Shown one piece after another: positions 23,947-36,574 of a stretch of DNA of 64,000 bases. The position numbers and the translations under genes were made by a program. Position 1 is the first letter of the stretch. Every line of letters begins with the position of its first letter. The notes under the pieces are model-generated. The model was given only the letters and a program-made list of their open reading frames with translations. It was not told the DNA's origin and did no database searches. Source of the stretch: Paramoeba atlantica (Eukaryota; Protista; Discosea); NCBI GenBank assembly GCA_977017575.1, contig CDRNVI010000167.1, forward strand, positions 62,001-126,000, given 5' to 3'.

Positions 23947-26900
23947 TGAAGCAATCCTTTGTAGATTTTGTTTTATTTCTGAGGTTTCAAAGAAGTACAG
24001 TTGAGAAACTGGGAAATCAACAAGTGAGAGAGTAGAGAGGAGAAAACACAGTGACAGGATGTTGACAACAATGAACTGCAATCAGTTGAACTGAATTTAA
24101 CAAGGATTCAAATAAAGGTGTTATATATATTTATAATATTTCATATTTGGATATTTAATTATTTACACCCCCCCTTGCAAGCAGAGTTTTGAGCGCAGCT
24201 TTGTCAGTTCTGAACAAAATTCAAAGTTCTTACAGGGAAAATCCACCCATTATTGATCAGTCTGCCCACCAATAACCTTTTTGAGGCTTCTTTGCCTTGA
24301 GGTAATCTTTCAACTCTTTTGTACCTCCCAGGTGTTCTTTCTCCCACCACTTATGTCATTTTCTTCCAGTAGGTGGTTGGATTTCCATACAATATTGTTG
24401 ATAACCATCAAATTCTCTTTCTGAGATAATTCTATATCTCAGACTTCTTCATCCATCTCCTGGTGGGAGTTCTTTCTCCTTTATCAGGTTTTGTTCCTTT
24501 TCAATTTCAACCCTTTCATATTAATTCACTTCCATGAACAGGTTGTGGAAGAATCCATCTTGTTTTGAGATTCCTTAATCGATATATTTGAGCTGAAACA
24601 ACCTCAGTTATCATATGGACATCACCTTGTGTCCTTGGATTGAATTTTTGGTTAAATTTCTTCCTTTTTTCATGATTTAGAAGAAGGACTCAGTCTCCAA
24701 CCGATAGAATTTGAGTTCTTTGATGAGCATTATAGTCATCAACTCTTTGTTCCTTGGAATCTCTTCATTTTTCATTTACCAGTTGAAAGATTTCTAACAT
24801 CTTATCCCTCACATTAGCCACATATTCATCTGAAGTAACCAATTTTGGGTTTGATGTTCCCAGTGTAACATTGATTGGATATGTTGGTATTCGACCAAAT
24901 TGTAACATGAAAGGTTTTTGTTTTGTTACAAAATGAACTTGGGTATTGTAAGCAAATTCCACCAATTGGAAGGAGCAAATCCCACAGTCCCTTTGATATT
25001 TCTGGACATAAAGCCCTCATCATGTTTTTAACAGGTGAATGAATTGTTCCCACTTTGCCATTTCCTTTGTGGTTATAGAGGGAGACCTTTGCATGGTGTG
25101 TTCCTCAGATTTGTGTCAATTCCACAAAGAGTTCTTTCTGGGCCCCTCCATCAGTCACTATTTCCGGTGGCATTGAATGGATTGTAACATATTTCAAGAG
25201 GCATTGTGCCATCTCTTTTGTGATGACAGCTTTCAGTGGAAATAATGAAAAGTACCCTGTGAAGGCATCCACAATTGATAAGATATGGGTATATGTATTA
25301 TTGAGACAATAATGTCACCTTGTTTCCAATAATTTCTGAATGTCTTTACAAAACTCAGGTATTCTCTAATTAAGATCAAATTTCTCATTCTTTGACAAAA
25401 TTGATCCTTCATATTGCTCCAGTATTGTTCTTGGTCCTTTATGATCCATTGTTTTTCTGAATCATTCTGATTCTCAGATCCAGTGTGGCCAGCACCAGTA
25501 TCTGACAGTTTTGCTCCTTCTGGCTCCTTATTTATAAGAGGTTGTATTTCAGGCACTGTATGAACTCTGGTAGGTTCACCTGGTTGTGTACTTGACCTAA
25601 ATTCATCCTCACTTCCAGAGTCAGAAATGTCATTACACTCAGTCTTGCTGGGAATTGTCTGAAGCTAACCCATCACACTGCCCAGTGTCTTACATGAAGC
25701 TGACCCAACAGCTATCCCAGATAGTCATCCTTGAGAGAGTCCCCTGCTCCTTCCTTGAGCAGATTGGCCACCAAGCTGACCCATGCTTTCTGTGCACTGA
25801 CCCATTTTAGCCAATAACTCCTTTCCATCTCTGGTGGACTCATCTACCCTATGACAGGTTTTTGAGAGAGAACAGAGCTTCAATATTGCCATTTTTTGTT
25901 TGTTAAAATGTTGTTTTGTTTTCCACATTTTTAACTCCCAGTCTCTCCAGGACTTCTTAATTGGAGTTTGAGCATCTTCCTCTTGATAGGATACATGATG
26001 TGCTCAACTGAGTGTATCAGGAATAACCAGTGTTTTCCCAGGTTGGTGTAGAATTTGACTTGCAACTGCTGCTATTTCCAGCAGCCACCCACAGATAAGT
26101 TTGCTTCTTGTTTGCTTACTGTGGAGTTGCACAGTTTGACTGTTGACTCTGGTGCTCACTAAAAATCACCACATCTCTTCCCATAATGAATTCCTTAAAC
26201 TTGTTAATTGCCCAGTAAGCCTCATAACATTCTTGTTCAGAATTTGTATATTTTTATTGTGTTTTGGCAAAGCCAGACTTGTGAAAGCGACTATTTTGTG
26301 CTTTTTTGGTATTCCTGACCTTTTTGGTGCTGGTTTATCAAGAGGATCATCAGGGTGTTGTGTCAGTATTGAATCATAACCATTTTTTGATGTGTCCACA
26401 TGAATATAGAATGTTTTTCTGAAATTTGGCATTGGTATTCTTGCAATTGTTTCCTTCATTTCCTGAAATTCATTATCTGCCTTCTTAACCCATTCAAATA
26501 ATGGTTGTAGCAGTAATTCTCGAAGGTGGTATGTTTTTTGAGAACAATTGTGGATGAATCTCCTACACCAACTAACCAATCCTAAGAGTGATTGTAATTC
26601 CTTTTGATTGGTTGGTTGTGGAAAATGTTTTATGGCCTTGACTTTCTTGTCATTAGCCAAAATTCCATCCTTTGTTGCTGTATATCCAAGTAATGTGAAA
26701 GATCTTTCACCACTTTACTCAGGTTAATTTGCAACTTATTTTCCTTTAATCTATCCAGCACTTTCTCTACTAGTGATTGAATATGTTTCTCAAAGGTTTT
26801 TGAGAAGATAACTATGTCATCAACATAATTAATACAGATATATATCATTGCAAGCCAGCAAGTATTGTATCTATAAAATGTTGCTGTGTTGCCAGAGCAT

Positions 26901-29380
26901 TTGTTAATCCAAATGGCATTGAATTCCATTCCCACAGCCTGAATTGTGAACAAAAGCCATTTTTCCCTTGTCCTCCTCTTGGATTGGGATTGACTAAAAT
27001 GCTGCAGTCATATCCAATGTTGAAAAGAATGAAGATTCACCCAGGTATAACAACACATCATTAATTTTTTTGGTATTAGATAACTCCATTTCTTAGTCCT
27101 TTCATTTAATTCTCTGTAATCCACACAGAATCAGACTTTTTCATTTGCTTTTTTGCCACTAACATGGTGAATTTGATGATTGGATGACTCTTCTCTTGGC
27201 CATCTCTTGGATTTGATTCTCTTCAATTGTCCTTTGTATAATAAGCTCATCTAAAAGGCTTTTGAGTTTCATCTTTAAGTTCAATTTTGAACTCTGTTGC
27301 ATCTGTATGCATGATTGGAGCATTGCTAAGTATGTCCCACATTTCTTTGTATTTTTCAAAGAGTTTACAGAGTTGAATCATTTGATCAAGATTGAGATCA
27401 CTAAGAGTGAGGTCAGTTTTCTTTGTGAACTCCTCATATTCCTCTGGAATCATCTTTTCATCTTCTTCCAGATTTTTCTGACCATCTCTCAACAGGATAT
27501 TTGCTAAAGAACATTGATGCTATTTCTTCTGAGAATCCCCAACCTCCTTGATTGCACATGTGTTTTGCCATTCCATGGCAGTCCTCTTGAGGCTGTAGTT
27601 CTGGAGTGACCAATTTATCTTTATACATTCTTTCATCTGACTTCTTTTGGTGAAGTTTTACTGGTCTTTTATCAAGAGGTTTTGCAATGGTTTGTTCTGC
27701 ATTCTTTTCTGTAACATTAATGTGTTTTACAACATGTAGACCCTTTTTCAAGTGAGAATGAGGTATTTCCAACATTCATAATCTCAATTCAAGTAGTGTA
27801 GATATATTGTCTCACATGATCAAATCTCAGTTGTAGAGCTTTTTTTTTCTGTCTGACCTCAACTGCTAAGATTGATCTAGGATCCAATCTTGTTTGTGTA
27901 GTTATTTTTAATTCTCCAATCTCTCTGGGATTGGGAAGGAGTGAACTTCTTCAGTTGGCATTATTGATGATTTGTCAGCTAAGGAAATGTAATTTCCTTT
28001 GTAATGGTCTCCAAAGTTTGGGAATTGCTTTATTCAGGAATGTTCTTGCCACAACATCTATCCTGCAAGCCCTAGAATCACAAAGTGCTTGTGTAGTAAA
28101 TATCATTGACCATGCAAGGTATGTTGAACAGTTTATTATTTATTTGGTATATTTTAGGATTCAAGTCTCTTACTAGGTTGCCAATATGGATTGTGAAGCC
28201 ATTTTCACTCATCTTGACCACCATCTTGTCTTGTTGCCAAGTATTTTGAGTAAATTCCTTTTTACTCTTAAAAGAATTGACAAACCATTTGCTTTTTCTT
28301 TAAGTTCTTCAAGAGTTAATATCCCACATCCAAGGAGTTCACAAGTAAAGTATTTTCCAACTGAAATCCCCACATCCTCTCTTTCTTGGAACTCTTTTGT
28401 TCCAATTAACAAGACTCATATGTTTATATTTCCTTGCTGCAGCATCACCATATCTATCCACAGTGCTCATCCAGGGATGAAAGAAAACAGGTTATTGGTT
28501 CACTCCTCTTCAATTTTTCTTTGGTTCTTTAATACTCATCTGTTCCCCCCCTAACAGACACTTTATTTAGACCTTGGAAGATTGGATTTTTGAATTCTCA
28601 CATTGCTTCCTTCACATAGATTTCCTGAAAGGGAGTTTCTCTTATCTTCAAGAACAGGTGCAAATATTCTGTAGTTACCACCTGAAATTCTTGATTAGTA
28701 ACTTTTTTATCAGGTACTCAAAAAAGATCAAACTTCTGCTGTTCCATAAGGACAACTTTCTCACCAAAGAATCTATTAAGGGTACACAACAAATTCAAAG
28801 GTAATCCATCCAACTTTTGGCCTAATGACTTTCAATTGCCCTTGCAAACTTGATTTGTTTTCTGAACTCAAGTATGTTTGGTCAAATATCTTGTTTAATA
28901 CTCTTTTTTTAGATGCAAAATTGAGAAGCTTGGACTGGGTTTTGGAAATTCACATCTTTAATTACCAATTTCCAATGTTGTTTCTAAGATTTGTAATTTG
29001 ATTCTTTCATCTTTAAAAACTCCTTCTTTATTCACACCAACTCTTCATTTTGTACAACCAGGAAATGAATTGCCTTCACCAATTGTTCTGCTTGGAGTTT
29101 TCTCTAAGCAATTTCTCAAGATCAAATGCTTCTTCTATTGGTTATTCAAATTGAAGCATTACCAAGGTAGATTTTATTTTACTTCTAAGGTTTCAATAGT
29201 TTAAAGAAGTACAATTGAAAACTGGGAAAATCAAGAAGTGGAAAAGTGAAGAAAAGAAAATGTAGTAATAAGAATATTAATGATAATGAACTTTAATTAA
29301 TTGAATTGAATTCAACAAGAATTTAAATAAAGATGTTATATATATTTATAATATTTCATATTTGAATATTTTTTTAAACT
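23947..29380 (-). mobile_element. Ty3/Gypsy LTR retrotransposon family 1, ~5.4 kb, degenerate
   Basis: ~220-bp LTRs at 23947-24166 (3-prime) and ~29152-29380 (5-prime), with a G-run PPT at 24167-24174. RT (FSTLDMTAAF, NYVDDIVIFS) at ~26650-27200, RNase H (FYIHVDTSKNG) at ~26150-26450, integrase (PEIVTDGG, NGKVG, WDLLLP..EFAYNT) at ~24750-25300, possible chromo-like tail at ~24290-24440. Confidence 0.88.
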
Positions 29381-29681
29381 TAATTAAGATTTAAAGTTTG
29401 AATAAAAAACTTTTTTATATGATAAAATAATATTTTGAAAAGTTTTTAATTTAAAAAGTAGTGAAAAAGATATTAGTTTTAGATTTTATTTTGAAGAAGA
29501 AATATAAAAGATTAATACAAAAGAAATGATGTTAAAAGAGAAAAAATAAAAAAAAATTTAAACTAATCTCATTAACTTTCTTATTTTTTTGTTTTTTTAA
29601 AGATGAGTATGATAGTTTAGTTGTTCTTTTCTTCAATTTCTCATTTTTGAAGTCTCAAGTTCAATTCTTTTAATTTTTCAA

Positions 29682-29785
29682 TTTTCCAATTTTCCAATTT
29701 TCCAATTTTCCAATTTTCCAATTTTCTAATTTTCCAATTTTCTAATTTTCCAATTTTCCAATTTTCCAATTTTCCAATTTTTCAG
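29682..29785. repeat. 8-bp tandem repeat (TTTTCCAA)n at the left edge of the satellite
   Basis: About 13 copies, some TTTTCTAA variants, followed by a few (TTTTTTAG) units. Confidence 0.85.
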
Positions 29786-29817
29786 TTTTTTAGTTTTTTA
29801 GTTTTTTAGTTTTTTTT

Positions 29818-31330
29818 ATAAATAAGTTAAATAAATTGTAAAATTGTGTAAAAAGTACAATTTTATTTGTAACTTGTTTGGAAATGAACTTTTAAACATC
29901 AAAAACTAAATAACAATTGAGAAAAAATGAAAATAGAAAATAATACAAATAAACATTGAAAAAAGTGGTTGGAAAATAATCAAAAACAAAAGGAAATATG
30001 TTTTTTTTTTTGTAAATAAATCAAATAAATTGTAAAATTGTGTAAAAAGTACAATTTTATTTGTAACTTGTCTGGAAATGAACTTTTAAACATCAAAAAC
30101 TAAATAACAATTGAGAAAAAATGAAAATAATACAAATATTGAATTATACATTGAAAAAAGTGATTGGGAAATAATCAAAAACAAAGGGAAATATATTTTT
30201 TTTTTTGTAAATAAATCAAATAAATTGTAAAATTGAGTAAAATATTCAATTTTATTTGTAACTTGTTTGGAAATGAACTTTTAAACATCAAAAATTGAAT
30301 AATAATTGAGAAAAAATGAAAATAATACAAATAGACATTGAAAAAAGTGGTTGGGAAATGATCAAAAACAAAGGGAAATATGTTTTTTTTTTTGTAAATA
30401 AGTCAAATAGATTGTAAAATTGTGTAAAAAATACAATTTTATTTGTAACTTGTCTGGAAATGAACTTTTAAACATCAAAAACTAAATAACAATTGAGAAA
30501 AAATGAAAATAGAAAATAATACAAATAAACATTGAAAAAAGTGGTTGGGAAATAATCAAAAACAAAGGGAAATATGTTTTTTTTTTTGTAAATAAGTCAA
30601 ATAAATTGTAAAATTGTGTAAAAAGTACAATTTTATTTGTAACTTGTCTGGAAATGAACTTTTAAACATCAAAAACTAAATAACAATTGAGAAAAAATGA
30701 AAATAATACAAATATTGAATTATACATTGAAAAAAGTGATTGGGAAATAATCAAAAACAAAGGGAAATATATTTTTTTTTTTGTAAATAAATCAAATAAA
30801 TTGTAAAATTGAGTAAAATATTCAATTTTATTTGTAACTTGTTTGGAAATGAACTTTTAAACATCAAAAATTGAATAATAATTGAGAAAAAATGAAAATA
30901 ATACAAATAGACATTGAAAAAAGTGGTTGGGAAATGATCAAAAACAAAGGGAAATATGTTTTTTTTTTTGTAAATAAGTCAAATAGATTGTAAAATTGTG
31001 TAAAAAATACAATTTTATTTGTAACTTGTCTGGAAATGAACTTTTAAACATCAAAAACTAAATAACAATTGAGAAAAAATGAAAATAGAAAATAATACAA
31101 ATAAATATTGAAAAAAGTGGTTGGGAAATAATCAAAAACAAAGGGAAATATGTTTTTTTTTTTGTAAATAAGTCAAATAAATTGTAAAATTGTGTAAAAA
31201 GTACAATTTTATTTGTAACTTGTTTGGAAATGAACTTTTAAACATCAAAAACTAAATAACAATTGAGAAAAAATGAAAATAATACAAATATTGAATTATA
31301 CATTGAAAAAAGTGATTGGGAAATAATCAA
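29818..31330. repeat. AT-rich satellite: ~190-bp monomers in a 576-bp trimeric higher-order repeat
   Basis: Anchor TTGTAAAATTG at 29836, 30030, 30225, 30412, 30606, 30801, 30988, 31182. Spacings are 194, 195, 187, 194, 195, 187, 194. Confidence 0.95.
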
Positions 31331-31678
31331 TAATAAAAAAATGAAAAATCAAAAAAAAAAAAAAAAGAAATAATCTTAAAAATTAATTTCTTTAAATTTA
31401 AATTTTTTACTTAAAAAAAAAATCATAAAATAAATTAATTAAAGAAATTTTTTTTTTTTAATTTAAATATTAAAAATATTATTTATTAAAATAAAGTGTA
31501 ATTTAGATATTTAAGAATATACTTAAATTAAATTGTTATAATCAAGTAAAATTAACCCACTTCAATACTAATTTAATAATTAAAAGTTTTAATATATTTT
31601 TTTATTTTTTATTTCAATCTTTTTCAAAATTCTTTTTTTCTCATCAACCTTAATAGATCTAATAATCTTCTTTATAAT

Positions 31679-32900
31679 GTGGCCTATTCCTTGGTTTTTT
31701 TGAAGGGATTATTCTCTACAAAAATATCAAAAAAACCTTCTTTTTTTGGCTGCTTTTTGGTTGTGATGGTTTTAGTGAAAAAGAAATAAAGAAAGAAAAT
31801 TGTTTCATTGCTGGGAAAGGTTGTCTCCAAACCTCTCTCTTTCTCAAATATAAAATGGATTGTTGAAACAAAGCTTTCAAAGAACCTACTTGCTAAGTTG
31901 ATTGAGTTTTTGAAAAGGCAAGAGGATATAACGAAACTGTGGAATCTTAAATAGCCAAGAGGGTTCACTGAGAAGATGATCACTTTCTGCCTTTTCAAGA
32001 ACCTTAAAGGGGTTGGTTATTTATAGATTGAAAAGAATGTTAAATTTACTTTTGCTTTCTATACAAAGTGTTTGGCCCACAACACAAAGTTGATCCACTA
32101 TCTTCTTCTTCATTGAGCAGTTCCTTAGATCAAAAATGAGGAGCAACAAAGTTGGAATGAACAAACAAAGAATTTTTCCAAAAGAAGGGGATTGAAGAAA
32201 GTAAATCTTTCTCTTAATTCAGCAAACTTCCAATTATCCAAAAAACAGTCCACTTCTAAAAAGAGTTAAACTTGGAGTTACAAGGTAAATGGCTTTGCTC
32301 AAAGGTTTCAATTTCTTTTTGATAGAAATAAGATTGTTCAAAGGATTTGAGGTGGATATAGTCTGAAAGTGTATGATGGGGAGTGGGTAAAACTTGTTAA
32401 ATAGGACTTGATTGATAATTTTAAAAGGTTTATATTATTGTTAATACTCATTATGAAACAGCTAACAAAACTTTTAAAGCAATAAATGGTGAACATGATG
32501 TCAAGTTTTATACCCCAGTTGTCAAACCTTGAGGAGGGAAAAGAAAAGTTGATCCCCATCTTTCTCCTGATTTATCTCAAAGAGCAGCAGTTCTAACTGA
32601 AGAACAAGAGAAGTAGAACAAAAATGTGAATCATCTCTGAACTCAAGCAGAAACTCCTTTTGGTTCAGTATAAAATAGATGGAAGGTACTGGAGGAGATA
32701 TTTTGGGAGGATGAAAAATAACAAATGTACATTGTATACTTGGCAGTTGGAGTCCACAACTACCTTAAAAGAAATAAAAAAAAATAAATTTCATTTTTTT
32801 CTCTTTTTTCTTACAACCAAAAAAGTAGTTTCAAAAAAGGGGAATTTTTGATGTTTTTCTAAAGAATAATTCTTTCAAAAAAAACCAGGGAATAGGCCAC
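31679..32900 (+). mobile_element. PHIS-superfamily (PIF/Harbinger/ISL2EU-like) DNA transposon with dead DDE transposase
   Basis: ~86-bp imperfect TIRs (GTGGCCTATTCC...; 31679-31764 and 32813-32900) with 3-bp TSD AAT. One reading frame with nonsense codons and one frameshift gives LSLNSANF..TWSYKVNG..QRF..D..IVQRI*GGYSLKVYDG and T.EQEK*NKNVNHL*TQAETPFGSV*NRWKVL...IVYLAVGVHNY, which fits a DDE_Tnp_4-type C-terminus. Confidence 0.75.
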
Positions 32901-33052
32901 AATAGAAAATCTTATTACACTTTTCAACTAGTAGTTTTTTGCTTGCTCATACTTTTTTCTCTACTTTTGGTTTTTTTTCTCAACAAAACTTTCTAACATT
33001 TCACCAAATGCAACTCTTTTAAGAAACCACTTAATAATATTATTTGAAATAA

Positions 33053-33477
33053 TTTGGGTTGGCGCCTGTAGTTTAGTTGTAAATTCAACTATGTCCAACC
33101 CTAGGGGGGGCGAGTTCAAATCCCAGTTTTTCAATATTATAGAAAATTTTTCTGGTGCTGTAGAGTGATTTGATTGGAGTGAGGAGCTTTTGAAGAAGTG
33201 TGAAAATCAGAACAGGTTACATCTCAGCCCTGTCTGCTAAAAAGTTGAGGATAAATTCCCTTGGAAGGAGCTTTGGATTATTCTCCCTTCTGATGTGCAT
33301 CCTCCAGCCTGAACTTGCAGAAGTTCTAAAGTTCAACATAAAGACCAACTGAACTAAGCTGAAGTTTAAAACTTCACCTCTTGTTAGAGGTTAAAAACAA
33401 ACATAATTTAATGTAATTCAAATGGCTTAGATTAAGAACTACTAATTGAATAAAGTCTGCCTCAAAAAAAAAAAAAA
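33053..33477 (+). mobile_element. tRNA-head SINE 1 (~425 bp)
   Basis: A-box-like TAGTTTAGTTG and B-box-like GAGTTCAAATCC, poly(A) tail, 16-bp TSD ATATTATTTGAAATAA (33037-33052, 33478-33493). Confidence 0.85.
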
Positions 33478-33517
33478 ATATTATTTGAAATAAATATAAG
33501 AAAAATTATTAACCCAT

Positions 33518-36500
33518 CCAGTACAGCTTGTACTAGAAAGTAAATATTATTAATTATAATCATTTTATTCTTAAACCTCCTCTTAAACTGAACTTTCTTT
33601 ATAAGGAAGTTTTAATTTAAATCTAATAGTTTCATCACCCATTTTTATAACTTGGAATTTTCAATAATCCATTCTTCACTAATTGTTATTAGTTGCTTCA
33701 ATCTTGAATCTTAGTTTTTATTAAATATAGCTTCCATTTCATCTTTTTCAAAGTAACTTATTGTTGTTGTAATCACATTTGATCTTTTATTGAATTTATG
33801 ATACACATAAGTATACTTCACTTTGATAAATTTACTCTTAACAATATTTTTAATCTCAGATAGAATCTCATTAAATTCAAAATTATTAATTGACTTCATT
33901 TTAGATGCTACCTTAGTTAAAATTTTACAATCTCTCACTATCTCTATGTGTTGTCCAAAACCAATAACTTATTGTAGACCAACTAAGCATCTTAAAAACT
34001 CACCCAAGTTATTTAAACTTAATGGAATTGTTTCAAATCTATTTTTAACTTTCAAACCAATAATCACATCTCCAAATTCTCCAATACAAAGATTTACATG
34101 TTTAGAGTCATTATAAAACACTTGCAAAGTAAAGTATTTGAACTTTAGTTATTTCACTTTTTTTTTACCTTTGGAAGAAATTTTTCTTATAGTCTAAAGT
34201 TTGAAGATCATTTTGTTTGTTTTAGCAATTTCATCAAAAATTTTAATAATAAAGCTTGGAAACTTAGATTCTTCTACATATACAATAAGCCACAAGCTCA
34301 ATAGGGCTATACTCACTACAGATGCATTAGCCTTCTTTAAATACTAATTTATGAATTCACACACAAAGTCAGCACTCTCCCACCCAGGAATCTTTAAAAC
34401 AAAGCATTTCTTCTTAATAGTTTTTAAAATCACCTTAGCTTTTAAACATTCTTTGAGAAGGTGCACCTTTGACTCTTTGGCTTTCCTATACAGCTGACAA
34501 AGTAAACTCACAAATGTGAAATGGATAATCTTATCCATAGTTGAGAGGCTCCTCAAGAAGAACTTCAGAAGATTTTGCTTAATTTGGAGTCTTTGTGAAA
34601 GAGATAAATTATAGATTACATATTTTAAGCAGCCATCCTCTACATAAAAATTCTTCACTCCCATAAAAATGTTCTAAGATAGAAGAGAGAAAGATCTCTT
34701 GGTTTTGGAGCTCATTCTTATTTATTTTAAGATAACCCTATTAGCTTCTAAAGCATCAATTCTTATAGCTCCAATAGACAATAGATTCTTATAATAATCT
34801 TAGAGAAGCTTTCTTGATACTAGTAGAGCTCAGTTGAACAGAATAGGATGTTTAACTTAGGGTTTTTCAAAGAACAGGGAATAAAGAGAAGTCATTACAT
34901 AGAAGTTTAGATTTGCATATGCATCTAAGGCTGAATGAATGGCTTTCCACATCTTTGAGAAGATAGCTTTTGAGATAAGCTTAAATTTTATCAAATAATC
35001 CATACAAGGAATAAGATAAATATTAATCATCTAAACTCTCTCATTGAAGCTGCCTTTCTTTTGTTTAATTGCTGTTCCAACCTTTTGTATTTTCTTGATC
35101 ACCTCTTCTCAATCTTTAATTGGGTTTATTCTTTAAGAAATTATAATTCCCAAGTATATAGTCTTTTCTCTCAAATAATTAGCAAGGCATTTCAACTCAA
35201 GGGTCTTTTTCAATTGATAATACAAAACATTTATTGTAGTTGAGTTTAGCTTTAGTTCTTTGTTCATATTCTTGGAAGATTAAAATTAAGGAATTTATAG
35301 ATTGGATCTTGTGAAGGAAAAGGGCTAAATCATCCATAAACCCAGCAAGCTTCTTAAAGTCATCTCCATTGTTTTGAACAATAGAAGTGAAATGAAGCAG
35401 CTTTATTATACACCAGTCCAACTCTTGATGACTTTCTTTTGTATCTTATCATTCAATCCTACAGTTGAAAGCCATATATCTAACTCTTGCAGTACTTTAA
35501 ATATAACTTCAAAGGCTTAGAGTGAAGTATTCAACCTAATCAACAATTTTATAAAAGCTTTGTGGTTAATATAGTCATAGGTCTTACAAAAGTCAGTTTG
35601 GAGGATGATCATATCTTTGCCCTTTACCACAGTTTCCATAAACCCATCATGTATCAATTCCACTATATTATCAATAGACCTTCCAGCAAACATAGCATTT
35701 TGTTCAAGGAAAATCACCTCTCTAGCACTTTCCATCAATTACTTGATCTAATATCTCATTACAATCCAATAATCAGAATTAATAATACTTATTGGTTGAA
35801 ATTGGTCACGATAAGAAATATTCTCAATCTTGGGTAGCAACATAAGTTGACTCTCCCCAAATGATTTAAGAAAATCTATTAATTCTCCAGCTCTTTAGAT
35901 AAGTTCACACCACATATCACACAATTGTTCACTTGTCACTTTGTAGAGAGTAAAGGGAATACCATCTGGGCCAGCACTTGAATTATTACACCATTGCAGC
36001 AGTTTATCAACCTTGACCCCATCAACAATATGATAATCAACCTTAAGAAACTAAGGTTTATAGTTTTCAATCAACTTCTAAAGAAAGTCCTTGTTGTACA
36101 GCCTCACTGAGCTTAAAAGATTCCCTCAAAATTCTTTAATTGCTTTCTAGACCATACCATTATCTCTGGAAATGACCCCATCCACAACAATTCCTTTAAC
36201 CCTTAGGGATGATCTCACTTTAGGCCTCACAGAGTGATTGTTAATAAAGATCCCCAACTGTTCTTCAATACATTCAATCTTCTTGAATGCTGCAGAAATC
36301 ATTCTAAGGATTATTCCTCTCCTCCACAACTTCCCTTTCTTCAGACTCTTCCAACCAAAAGAGGTTTGATCCAACAGACCCATTTCAAGGGAAGAGTATG
36401 GCCTCTGAACAGTAGATTTTCTAAAAATGTGAGAATTGCAAAGGGATCTTACAAGAGAATGGATCTTTCACAGTTTTCTAAACAATGCTATCTCAATGTT

Positions 36501-36565
36501 TCTCTCTCTCCAGTAGGGAACTAATTCCCAAGCTGTAATCTTGAACTTAATCAAAGTACTGATTG
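33518..36565 (-). mobile_element. L1/Tx1-type LINE family 1, copy B (5-prime truncated, heavily C>T/G>A mutated)
   Basis: Colinear with copy A (~53700-56789) from the post-endonuclease region through RT, zinc finger and RNase H to the 3-prime UTR. Confidence 0.9.
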
Positions 36566-36574
36566 CTTTTTCAT

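Noticed and set aside
162-23954. Dozens of K/R/E-rich and F/L/S-rich ORFs in the ORF track
   Set aside because: They are translations of (GA)n, (AAAAG)n and (AAAAT)n intron and intergenic microsatellites, which lack stop codons by composition.
29682-29810. Telomeric repeat
   Set aside because: (TTTTCCAA)n is internal, short and does not match a G-rich telomere motif I recognise.
31800-32000. LINE ORF1 homologue (KLWNLK versus KLWGLK)
   Set aside because: A chance short match. The full frame reads as a DDE transposase between TIRs.
33053-33130. Functional tRNA genes here and at 62273 and 62374
   Set aside because: A and B boxes are present, but acceptor stems do not pair, and each lies at the 5-prime end of a TSD-flanked, A-tailed SINE.
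33463-33478. Poly(T) terminus of LINE B pairing with the A19 of LINE A as an inverted terminal structure
   Set aside because: That A-run is the tail of SINE 1, delimited by its own 16-bp TSD.
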